Shown: in pieces, positions 52,283 to 64,000 of the stretch | How the letters are laid out: each line of letters opens with the position of its first letter | Numbering within the stretch: the stretch's first letter is position 1 | Origin: Eledone cirrhosa | Lineage: Eukaryota | DNA: 64,000 nt | Direction of reading: 5' to 3' | NCBI GenBank assembly: GCA_964016885.1 | Contig: OZ024766.1 | Location: 15,872,001-15,936,000, forward strand | The notes under the pieces: model-generated | Told to the model about the DNA's origin: nothing | Database searches by the model: none | The model's input: the letters and a program-made list of their open reading frames with translations, nothing else | Translations under genes and position numbers: made by a program

Positions 52283-54661
52283 TGTCATGTTGAATGTTTT
52301 TCATGTTGTTGTGGTAGGCATATTTCTGGTCATCCACCAGTCAAGGTTTATTTTCATCCACAATCTTACGCAACACTTCAATATCATGGTTTGTCTCCTG
52401 AAAAACTGATTGTATTACCTCAATTTCTTCTGGCTCTGGCATCCTGCATTGCTATTCATTGCTGGAATTCAATGGGACAGGTTGCAAAGAGGTTGATTGT
52501 AAATCTTGGAGGTAGATTCCACATAAATATTGCTATAACGTCTTTGGGCTAGGTGTAGATAGTCGTCTGACATATTGTATTTGTGCTCCTGCCAGGGTAG
52601 ATGAGATTTATTCCACATGCTGTGAGTATAGTAGCAAACAACTGTCTTATTTAACTGGCTACACCAGTGACTGCTCCTTCTAGTACTTTCTCCCAATATC
52701 TGTTGTCATACAGGTGTCCATGGCTGTCTTATTTAACTGGCTACTCCAGTGACTGCCCCTTCTAGTCTCTTCTTCCAACGTCAGTTGTCATACAGGTGTC
52801 CATGGCTGTCTTATTTAACTGGCTACTCCTGTGACTGCTCCTTCTAGTCTCTTCTTCCAATGTCAGTTGTCATACAGGAGTCCATGGCTGTCTTATTTAA
52901 CTGGCCACTCCAGTGACTGCTCCTTCTAGTCTCTTCTTCCAATGTCAGTTGTCATACAGGTGTCCATGGCTGTCTTATTTAACTGGCTACTCCAGTGACT
53001 GCTCCTTCTAGTCCCTTCTTCCAATGTCAGTTGTCATACAGGTGTCCATGGCTGTCTTATTTAACTGGTTACTCCAGTGATTTCCCCTTCTAGTCCCTTC
53101 TCCCAACGTCAGTTGTCACACAGGAGTCCATGGCTGTGTTATTTAACTGGCTACTGCAGTGACTGCTCCTTCTAGTCTCTTCTTCCAATATCAGTTGTCA
53201 TACAGGTGTCCATGGCTGTCTTATTTAGCTGGCCACTACAGTGACTGCTTCTTCCAATGTCAGTTGTCATACAGGAGTCCATGGCTGTCTTATTTAACTG
53301 GCTACTCCAGTGACTGCTCCTTCTAGTCCCTTCTTCCAATGTCAGTTGTCATACAGGTGTCCATGGCTGTCTTATTTAACTGGCTACTGCAGTGACTGCT
53401 CCTTCTACTCTCTTCCAATGTCAGTTGTCATACAGGAGTCCATGGCTGTCTTATTTAACTGGCTACTCCAGTGACTGCTCCTTCTAGTCTCTTCTTCCAA
53501 TGTCAATTGTCATACAGGTGTCCATTGCTGACTTATTTAACTGGCCACTCCAGTGACTGCTCCTTCTAGTCTCTTCTTCCAATATCAGTTGTCATACAGG
53601 TGTCCATGGCTGTCTTATTTAACTGACTACTGCAGTGACTGCTCCTTCTAGTCCCTTCTTCCAATGTCAGTTGTCATACAGGAGTCCATGGCTGTCTTAT
53701 TTAACTTGCCACTCCAGTGACTGCTCATTCTACTCTCTTCTTCCAATGTCAGTTGTCATACAGGAGTCCATGGCTGTCTTATTTAACTGGCTACTCCAGT
53801 GACTGCTTCTTCTAGTCCCTTCTTCCAATGTCAGTTGTCATACAGGAGTCCATGGCTGTCTTATTTAACTGGCTACTCCAGTGACTGCTCCTTCTACTCT
53901 CTTCTTCCAACGTCAGTTGTCATACAGGAGTCCATGGCTGTCTTATTTAACTGGCTACTCCAGTGACTGCTCCTTCTACTCTCTTCTTCCAACGTCAGTT
54001 GTCATACAGGAGTCCATGGCTGTCTTATTTAACTGGCTACTCCAGTGACTGCTTCTTCTAGTCCCTTCTTCCAATGTCAGTTGTCATACAGGAGTCCATG
54101 GCTGTCTTATTTAACTGGCTACTCCAGTGACTGCTCCTTCTACTCTCTTCTTCCAACGTCAGTTGTCATACAGGAGTCCATGGCTGTCTTATTTAACTGG
54201 CTACTCCTGTGACTGCTTCTTCTAATGTCAATTGCCATGCATGAGTTGATGTTCTTTAGATGCTTCGTGGTATGTGCTGCACTCTGCCACCAAATCACCT
54301 GAGATCCTCAAATGACGTTGGTCCTTGAACAATATGCAGAAGTGGCTGTAAATAAAAACTCTCTCTGTTGTTGGGGTGGTCATTGTAAACATGCCCAATA
54401 GCATCACTTGCCTTCACTTCATCACCTTCCACTAAATGACCCTGCTTCCTTTGATTCGATGTCTTACAATTGGTCCATGTGTAGTATTTTGGGATGTCAG
54501 CATATAGGAGGGATCGAAAAAATTCTTTATTCTGGCAGTGTTTCAAAAAAAGCAGTTAGAGTAGTGTCAGGTGGTGTTGGTGTCAACTGATGAGCAGTGG
54601 TTTCAGTGAAGTACACACTCTGTCCATTTTCTATATGTATAGAGATAAGGATGAAAAGCAA
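52283..54661 (-). mobile_element. Degenerate Helitron RepHel fragment with an expanded internal 82-bp array
   Basis: ORF 54295..54546, with an extra frameshift in an A run at ~54545. Confidence 0.85.
52642..54229. repeat. 82-bp tandem repeat, ~19-20 copies
   Basis: Same unit; a few units have internal deletions. Confidence 0.97.
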
Positions 54662-55660
54662 AGTTAATCCCTCAGAGGTTAGCTTTGCCTTTCATCCTTA
54701 CGGGGTCGATAAAATAAAGTACCAGTAATGTACTGGGGTATTGTCGGCCTTGTGCCTAATGTAGAAACAATTATTACGGGGTCGATAAAATAAAGTACCA
54801 GTAATTCACTGGGGTAATTGCTGGTCCTGTGCAAAAAGTAGAAACAATTATCACATTTCTTTTTAATAAATCACATCACTATAGAATTAAATACGACTGG
54901 AAATGTGTGTGAAGGTACTAAATTATGGCAGGGAATTTTCACGTTTGACACCGGTACGAGAGTTGAAACATTCGCTAAGTCACCGAGTACTTGCTATCTT
55001 CGTTATAACTTTAATTAATCTAATTATATCTTGTGTAACAATTATATATATATACACACACGCAATTTTAATTCCCCGACATCAGTCTTACACTGTCATA
55101 TCTATTCTTACTTTACAATTGTGTCTACTAAGAGTTCCATTACAATCTGTAGTAGTAAAACTACTATTTCACCAGAACATCTGCTATCAGTCATTTATAG
55201 ACAATATATATATTTTAGACCACATATCAACCTAATATATATATATTTCCTATCAAATCTGTAGCTAAAGACATAAAGTCAGCCTCACTACTTCATTCTC
55301 ACAAGATATCATTTCATGACTAAAGATGAAGAAGATACACCAACGTTAATGTCGTGAAATAAAGCTGATAACATTGAAACTTCTAATTTGATAACAAAGA
55401 GATTATTTCTTTGGTTGTTTAGTAACAACTAACAACACAATACATTGATTATATGTGAAGGAGGTAAGTTGACAAAGATTTACTTAATGTCTATATTAAT
55501 GTGTGTAAATAATATAATAATGTGACCCACCCCTACAACGATCTAGTAATTAACCAGATTCCACTGTTACATGTGATATAAAATATATTGTTATCATGAC
55601 TGTCTTTATTATTTAAATTACCTCCGTCTATTTAATTATCTTGTTCACTACCTTACATTA

Positions 55661-57327
55661 CAATACTGTCTCAGCAATGGTGCTACTCCGGAGCAGTGGA
55701 AAACTGCCAGTGTCACTCCCCTGTTCAAAAAGGGGAACCGCATGTCACCTGTCAACTATCGTCCAGTCAGTCTTACTAGCTGTATGGCCAAACTGATGGA
55801 ATCCTGTGTCAGAGAAACACTTTGGAACTTCTGGAGCTCTCACAGCCTCATCCGGCCCTCACAGTTTGAATTTATCCCTAACTCCAGCTGCTGTGATCTG
55901 CTTATCGAGTTCCTTGAGGACATCACCCGGATCACTGACAGCGGCTCATGGGTGGATGTTGTTTACCTTGACTTTGCTAAGGCTTTTAATTCTGTGCCAC
56001 ACAAAAGACTTATGGCAAAACTCTCTGCAATGGGTGTGAGGGATGATCTTTTCGACTGGCTGAAATCCTTCATTCTCAGCCGAAAGGAAGTAGTCACGGT
56101 TCTAGGACAGCATTCTTCACCATATGAGATGTCATCTGGTGTACCACAGGGATCTGTTCTTGGTCCTCTTTTGTTTGTGGCATATATTAATGACATAGAT
56201 GCCAACTTACAGAATGCCACGGTACTAAAATATGCAGATGACATCAAGCTGTACCTTGAAATCAAAAGGACTGATCCTGAAATTTACAACTCTTTCCTAC
56301 AGTCAGACCTGGACACAATGCAGCAATGGAACACAGACTGGCAACTGAAGCTGGCTGTGGACAAGTGTACCACCATGCATTTTGGAAGGAAAAATCCAGC
56401 GTCCACATACTCCCCCCACAACACTGACATCAAAAAGTCCTCTTGTGAACGTGACCTGGGCATTACTGTCAGCAACTATTTGCGTTGGACAAAGCATGTC
56501 TCTAAGATTGTCAAGAAGGCCGAGGGTGTCTTGGCATCACTCAACAAGACCTTTGTTAGCCGCTCTCCAGCCATCTATTTAAAACTGTATACAGCTATGG
56601 TGCGACCACACTTGGAATTCGCATCATCAGTCTGGAACCCCTATCTTGCTCGGAACATTGACCTCCTGGAAACTGTTCAGAGACGTGCAACCAAGCGCAT
56701 ACCCTCCATCAGACACCTACCATACTCTGAACGCCTTGCTTTCCTGGGCATGGATTCATTGAAGCTCCGACGTCTGGCAATGGACTTGGTGAATACCCAC
56801 AAAGTTTTTAACCATCTCGCCAACTGCAACCCTGAGCAGTCTCTTTGATCTCCATGTGTCTAACACACGTGGACATGCCTACAAGATAAGAAAACAGCAC
56901 AGCTCCCATGACTTTCGCAGACATTTTTTCACGCTCAAAGTTGCTGAAGCATGGAATAAACTGCCTGCGTCAATTGTTAGCTGCCGAGACACTGCATCCT
57001 TTAAGACACTCATGCTTCCCGAAATACGCCAAAACTACACCTGATGTACCCCTTCCATACACATGCACACATGTGTGTATCATGACTCGTGCACTGTTCA
57101 TTTTACTGATGTTTGTGCATTGCCCTATGTACTGTACATGCACTTTTTTGATGAGTTGTGGTGCACCTGGGCACTGTACACAATATTTCATTATTGTTAT
57201 TGTTATTATATCATGACTCATACACTGTTCATTTTCCTGACATTTGTACATTATTCTATGTACTATACATGCACCTTTGATGAGTTGTAATGCACCTGAG
57301 CACTGTACACAATAATTTCATTATTAT
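55661..57327 (+). mobile_element. 5'-truncated CR1-group LINE (RT domain, C-terminus and duplicated 3' UTR) in the intron of ZF gene 7
   Basis: The frame is open from 55661 (PEQWKTASVTPLFKKG) through NYRPVSLTS, YLDFAKAF, SGVPQGSVLGPLLF, YADD and VRPHLEFASSVWNP to 56848. After one frameshift it continues as TRGHAYK...RHFFTLKVAEAWNKLP to 57044. It ends in a (TTA)-type tail, has higher GC than its flanks, and is absent from all other units. Confidence 0.95.
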
Positions 57328-59485
57328 AAAATAAAATATAGTTTAAATTTAGCTGTACCTTGTCATTGCTTTAAGTTAGTTAAATATATTTTTATTATTT
57401 AAATTACTTCCGTCTATTTATTTATCTTGTTCACTACTTTACATTATAAAATATAGTTTATATTTAACTGTAAAGATATATTTATTATTTAAATTACCTC
57501 CGTCTATTTAATTATCTTGTTCACTACCTTACATTATAAAATATAGTTTATATTTAGCTGTACCTTGTTGTGGCTTTAAGTAAATTAAAGATATTTTTAT
57601 TATTTAAATTACCTCCGTCTATTTAATTATGTGGTTCACTACCTTACATTATAAAATATAGTTTATATTTAGCTGTACCTTGTTGTTGCTTGAAGTAAGT
57701 TAAATATATTTTTATTATTTAAATTACTTCCGTCTATTTATTTATCTTGTTCACTACCTTACATTATAAAATATATTTTATATTTAGCTGTACCTTGTTA
57801 TTGCTTTAAGTAAATTAATATTTTGTCTATTTTAGTCTAAATCTCTTACAATTTAATTAACTTCATCTACTTATGGTTGAACATTACTTTATTGTGGGTT
57901 TCATTTCATTATAATTATGTCTGATTAGCCAGCCAAGTAGGGGTTGAGTATCTGTATTTCAGGGACTGCTTTGATGGTGAAGGGTCATCTGTTGGTGTGG
58001 GATCTCGGTGGCTGTACATAATAAGGTTCTAATACTCTAAAGAGCTAGCTGAATAACCGTCTGATACATGTCTTGTATAGAGGATCATAAAGCCATGTAT
58101 AGAAGAGCAGTCAGCAATGTCAGGATTTACATTCATTATAGTGAAGTGGCAGTATCGGTAGAGAGTCGGACACCATGCTTTGAAGCACAGAGTTACGTCC
58201 CTTTATGATCTGAGTTCAAATCCCGCCGAGTTTAACTTTGCCAATCATCCTTATGGGGTCGATAAAATAAAGTACCAGTAATGTACTGGTTAATTGCTGG
58301 CCTTGTGTTTAAAATAGAAACAATTATAGTGAAGAATTTGGAGTGTAGTCTGGTGTCCACCAGGGCTCTGTTCTTAGCCCTCACTTAGTTATTATCGTCC
58401 TGCAGCCTATAACAGAAATGTTTAAGACTGGCTGCCCATGGGAACTCCTGTATTCACAGCAGGTCCTGAAGAATGCAATCATGTGCATTTTCCAGGTCTA
58501 TAAAACGATAATATATACCTCTTGGCAATACTCCCACGATTTCTCAAAGACCTGCCACAGTGTGAATATTTGGTGGGTTATGTTGCACCCAGGGAGAAAA
58601 CAGCACTGTCCATCACCTAGCTCGGACTCGCTACATCACTTTGCCAGAAACTTAGCATATACTTTACCAGGGAGTCTTAACAAGGTGATCCCTCTCTATT
58701 TGGAACAATCTCTCATGTCTCCCTTTTTATAAATTGAGATTATCACTCCCGAGTGCCATTTCAGAGACCCAGGCCATCTGACACACATGAGTCGGTCACA
58801 TTTGAGCTCTTTAATTGCTCTTGTGACCTCAGCCTCCGAGAGATTAGTCACCGCTATCAGATTCACATCATGTACATCCGAAGATGCTGTTGTGATCGGG
58901 TTTGGGAGATCAGCAAAGTATTCTCTCCACCTCATGAGGATCCATCTCTCTGAAGAGAAAAGAACCCCAGATACACTCATGGTTGCAGGTGTGGAGGAAG
59001 ATTTCTTGTAACAAATTAAAAATTAAAATAATTTGATTTTTCAATAAAAAGTTTCCAGGGTTTATAGATGTAAAATTTCCACTGTTAAATCTATCTCTGC
59101 TTCTTAAGTATTCTCTATTATTTCATACTGTTTCTTTTTCATTTCAGAATATCAGATGACATTGGAATAAATTATTATTTTCAATCTTGGATACATCACC
59201 TCTATTTATCATCATTTGAAGATTAAAACTTTTTAAACAGAACTTATATAACACTGTTTATATAAATCTATCAGAATTACTGTGATATATTTCCTCAGAA
59301 CTGAGTTTAAAGACAAAATTCCTTTTCTTCACTGTGTGGTATATATATGAGAGATATATTTTGTATTTTAACTCAGCTTCAATGACAAAGAAGTTTGCAT
59401 CATCTTCAGGTATTAACTGAGATCATAATTGAGGGAAATATAACAGAAGAAATATTTTTTAGGAATATAATATGAAAAATATTAA

Positions 59486-60559
<1,074 letters not shown>

Positions 60560-60772
60560 TATCTGTGGTAAATTATTCACTCAATTAAGTAATTTAACTA
60601 AACACAAATATACCCATACAGGTAAGAAACCATAACAAAGTCATATCTCATTGTCTCAAAATTGTAAATTAATTTGACACAAATACATTCATATGAGTGA
60701 GAAGCCATACCACCCTGATATTGTGGAGAAATTATTCTCTTGTATTGCTACATTAACTACATACAAACATAA

Positions 60773-60910
<138 letters not shown>

Positions 60911-61741
60911 TAAATCAGTCACTTCACTCAGCACTAACATTTAGAGAAAAGAAAACATATCATTGTGATATCTGCAGTAAATCTTTCTCTAAATGTTGTG
61001 GCTTCACTACACACTAACATATACAGGAGAGGAACCATATCACTGTGATGTCTGTGGTAAATCCTTCTCTAAATGTTGTGGCTTCCCTACACACTAACAT
61101 ATACAGGAGAGGAACCATATAATTGTGATGTCTGTGATAAATCATTTTCTAAATGTTGTGGTACCAACATAAGGTTACTTAATGTAACACAAACACAATC
61201 AGACAAGATAAAAACTGTCACTCACCCAAAATAGTGCCACCAATGTTGTTAGTATCTTGAATAAAACTTGTTTGTTCTGAAATTATTCTCCTTTCATTTT
61301 ATTTGTAGAAGTTGTAACCAAGACTTGTGCTGACAAATCTGTATGGTACAGAATTTACAAACACTGTATATATATATATATATATATATGTGCCAAAACA
61401 TCTATGATCTCGGTTTACAGCTGATAAAGGGTTTATTTTCTCCTTTCATCCATATTACCATCTTAAACTTTGTTTACAGTAACCACACAGCTCCTTTCGT
61501 TTCTTATAATTTTATATATATATATATATATAACAAAGGAGGTGTGGTAAAGAACCAGATGGACCATATACGCACCAGAGTACTCAATACTTAGGGTAGT
61601 AGAGTGGGTAATAAGAAAATGTTTAACCCCGACGGCAGAGCTCAATCCGTTTCGATGGCTATTTCTGGAAACAGTCCAGAAATAACCGTCGAAATGGCTT
61701 GAGCTCTGCCGTCGGGGTTAAAGATTTTCCTATATATATAT

Positions 61742-62416
61742 TCATCATCATCATCATCATCACCGTTTTACGTCCGTTCTTCCACGCTAGCATGGGTTAG
61801 ACGGGTTGTCCTGTTGTGTGCAGTGTCTGGTCGGCTGACCATGCCTTGCTCATACAGGAACTGATCTGGCTTTGATTTCTACAGCTGGATGCCCTTCCTA
61901 ACACCAACCTCATTTACAGTGAGTGCTGGGTGCTTTTTCGTGGCGCCTACATGTCCACTTTACAGTGTGGGCTGGGTGCTTTTTTGCCGTGGCACCTCCA
62001 CGACCACCTTGCGGTGGGGGCATATTGTTTATATGCTTCAGCATGTACCCATGGGAGGTCGGGTACCCTGTATTACTGCGTGACGCCAGAAGTCACGGTC
62101 GTGTGTCATTGACTTTGAGAGGTGTAATTGGGTAAGGTTGGCTTTTATCACCTCATCCCAGGTCATATTGGGTCTCCCCACTCCGCGGTTTCCATCAACT
62201 TCTAGTGCTCTGCACCTTTTTATGCAGCTGTCATCCTTCATACGCATCACATGTCCATACCAGCGCAACCGCCTCTCCTGCACACAGCATTTGATTCCTC
62301 TTATGTTCAGTGTCTCTCTCAATTCATTTATGCTTTGTCGTTCACGTTTACTACTGTTACACATCCATCGGAGCATGCAGGCTTCGTTTCTCTCTAATCT
62401 CCGTAAGTCTTCCACC
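61742..62416 (-). mobile_element. 5'-truncated RTE-clade LINE (ORF2 C-terminus, 3' UTR and (GAT)n tail) with a ~24-bp TSD
   Basis: ORF 62038..62424 contains LERNEACMLRWMC, ERRLRWYGHVMRM and RGVGRPNMTWDEVI. It is flanked by ttaaagattttcctatatatatat (61718-61741) and ttaaacattttcctatatatatat (62417-62440). Confidence 0.93.
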
Positions 62417-62758
62417 TTAAACATTTTCCTATATATATATTATATATATGTATGAGTGTATATGTCAGTGAGTAGAAATTTCTGTCCATGAATATGATTA
62501 TCTTTATTTGTATATATATGTGTGTGTATATGTATGTGTATGTTTATATGTTTTCTTATATACATGTGTGCACATCTTGATATATTTTCAGTGTCTGTTC
62601 TAGTTCTCAGAGTACAAATCCCACTGAGGTAAAGTTGCTTTGCTATTTTGAGGCCAATAAATGAAATACCAGTGAAATACTGGGGTGGTTAATTCCTCTT
62701 CTTTGTCATTGTCTGTTTGTCTACTCTTCTCTTTCTCTGTATATATATATATATATAT

Positions 62759-62822
62759 CTTTTTGGTATGACACCCACAATTTGATTTAGATTAATTTTA
62801 TTTTAATTTATCTTAATTTTGG
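62759..62822. mobile_element. Remnant of palindromic element A (outer part of the right arm only)
   Basis: Only ...tgacacccacaatttgatttagattaattttattttaatttatcttaattttgg remains. Confidence 0.7.
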
Positions 62823-63280
62823 ATATATATATATATAAATACGGCCCCTTAATTGTAGAGCTAACTCTGTTGAAAGGACCTGACTGCTGTTTCTAGTTGT
62901 CAATAACCCTATTCACGCAACTAGGATGAAGCTGGTATGATGTGTGTATTTTTAGTAGATACAGCACGTGTTACTGGTCAGTCGCTGATTTGAACTTGAT
63001 GCGTAAACACAGATGGTTGGACTTCTTCCTGGTTGAGAATCCAAGATCTGGCTACTGTCGCTTACCAATCGATTAATTGGTGAAATATATTTCTTTAATG
63101 GAATATATACAAGGAAGATTAATCATTTTCTAAGGTATCTATCTTTGAAGTTCTAGTTAAACTTTATTTAGTTACCTACCTAGCTATGTGTGCTTACACA
63201 CTTTTACAAATTATCCCCTGTGATTGTTTCATATGTTTATTTATATGTCAATCAATTTCTAGTTGATATATATATAAATA

Positions 63281-64000
63281 TATGCACTTCTTTAAGGCTT
63301 ACTACCCTGTCTTTAACCTAATTCATTCAATCTGAAAATATTGAAGAGATAAGACACTTTCCCATTCTTCTCTGCTAAAATGTATCACTAGAGCTGATTC
63401 CAATTTTCCCAGCCAGCCATCCATCTAATCTACGAAGGTATTTTAGCCTACATATTGTCGTTAATATTATGATGTTCCCTGCTGTATTAGCGATAAATTT
63501 TCGAGGGTTTCTCTTAGTAGTTTTTTTCATGACGTTATTATTGTTAATTTTACTGATGTAGTATTAACTTATTAACTTGGATATTTACCATGCGGTATTC
63601 TAATCCTATTGTATCTCTCTCAGTTATTTACCATGCGACCCTCAGTTCCTACCCCCCCCCCCTCTCTATGCACTTCTTTAAGGCTTACTACCCTGTCTTT
63701 AACCTAATTCATTCAATCTGAAAATATTGAAGAGATAAGACACTTTCCCATTCTTCTCTGCTAAAATGTATCACTAGAGCTGATTCCAATTTTCCCAGCC
63801 AGCCATCCATCTAATCTACGAAGGTATTTTAGCCTACATATTGTCGTTAATATTATGATGTTCCCTGCTGTATTAGTGTTAAATTTTCCCTGCTGTATTA
63901 GCGATAAATTTTCGAGGGTTTCTCTTAGTAGTTTTTTTCATGACGTTATTATTGTTAATTTTACTGATGTAGTATTAACTTGGATATTTACCATGCGACC
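63281..64000. repeat. ~386-bp direct repeat (at least 1.9 copies, running off the window), unclassified
   Basis: tatgcacttctttaaggcttactaccctgtc starts at 63281 and at 63667. The copies are near-identical apart from small indels. Confidence 0.9.

Overview
AT-rich animal genomic DNA, most likely from a coleoid cephalopod (Octopus-like). This assignment is inferred from the [16 protein letters not shown] zinc-finger consensus and the SINE types; no database was searched. Almost the whole window (1 to ~63280) is a head-to-tail array of a ~9-11 kb segmental-duplication unit, plus one 3.9 kb partial copy. The array carries seven + strand poly-C2H2 zinc-finger genes (21, 15, 23, 11, 22, 10 and 11 fingers). 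Each has a ~30-aa leader, no visible KRAB/SCAN/ZAD domain, and its whole CDS in one exon. A full unit contains, in order: a 194-bp palindromic MITE-like element, an RTE-tail SINE remnant, a - strand Helitron RepHel fragment holding an 82-bp tandem array (about 4-20 copies), a 77-bp SINE-derived array, a putative non-coding exon 1, and an intron with a 115-bp repeat and two RTE-LINE RT fragments (one split by a full tRNA-SINE). These are followed by the ZF exon, a 3' UTR of dead fingers, AATAAA and a 117-bp hairpin MITE. Copy-specific insertions are a CORE-like SINE (2 copies), a 5'-truncated CR1 LINE and a 5'-truncated RTE LINE with a target-site duplication. A different ~386-bp direct repeat starts at ~63281. 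The most notable observations are minisatellite-like finger shuffling among paralogues, a promoterless duplicate ZF exon that could serve as an alternative last exon, and a variable satellite born from Helitron coding sequence upstream of every full gene. No prokaryote-type system or CRISPR array is present.
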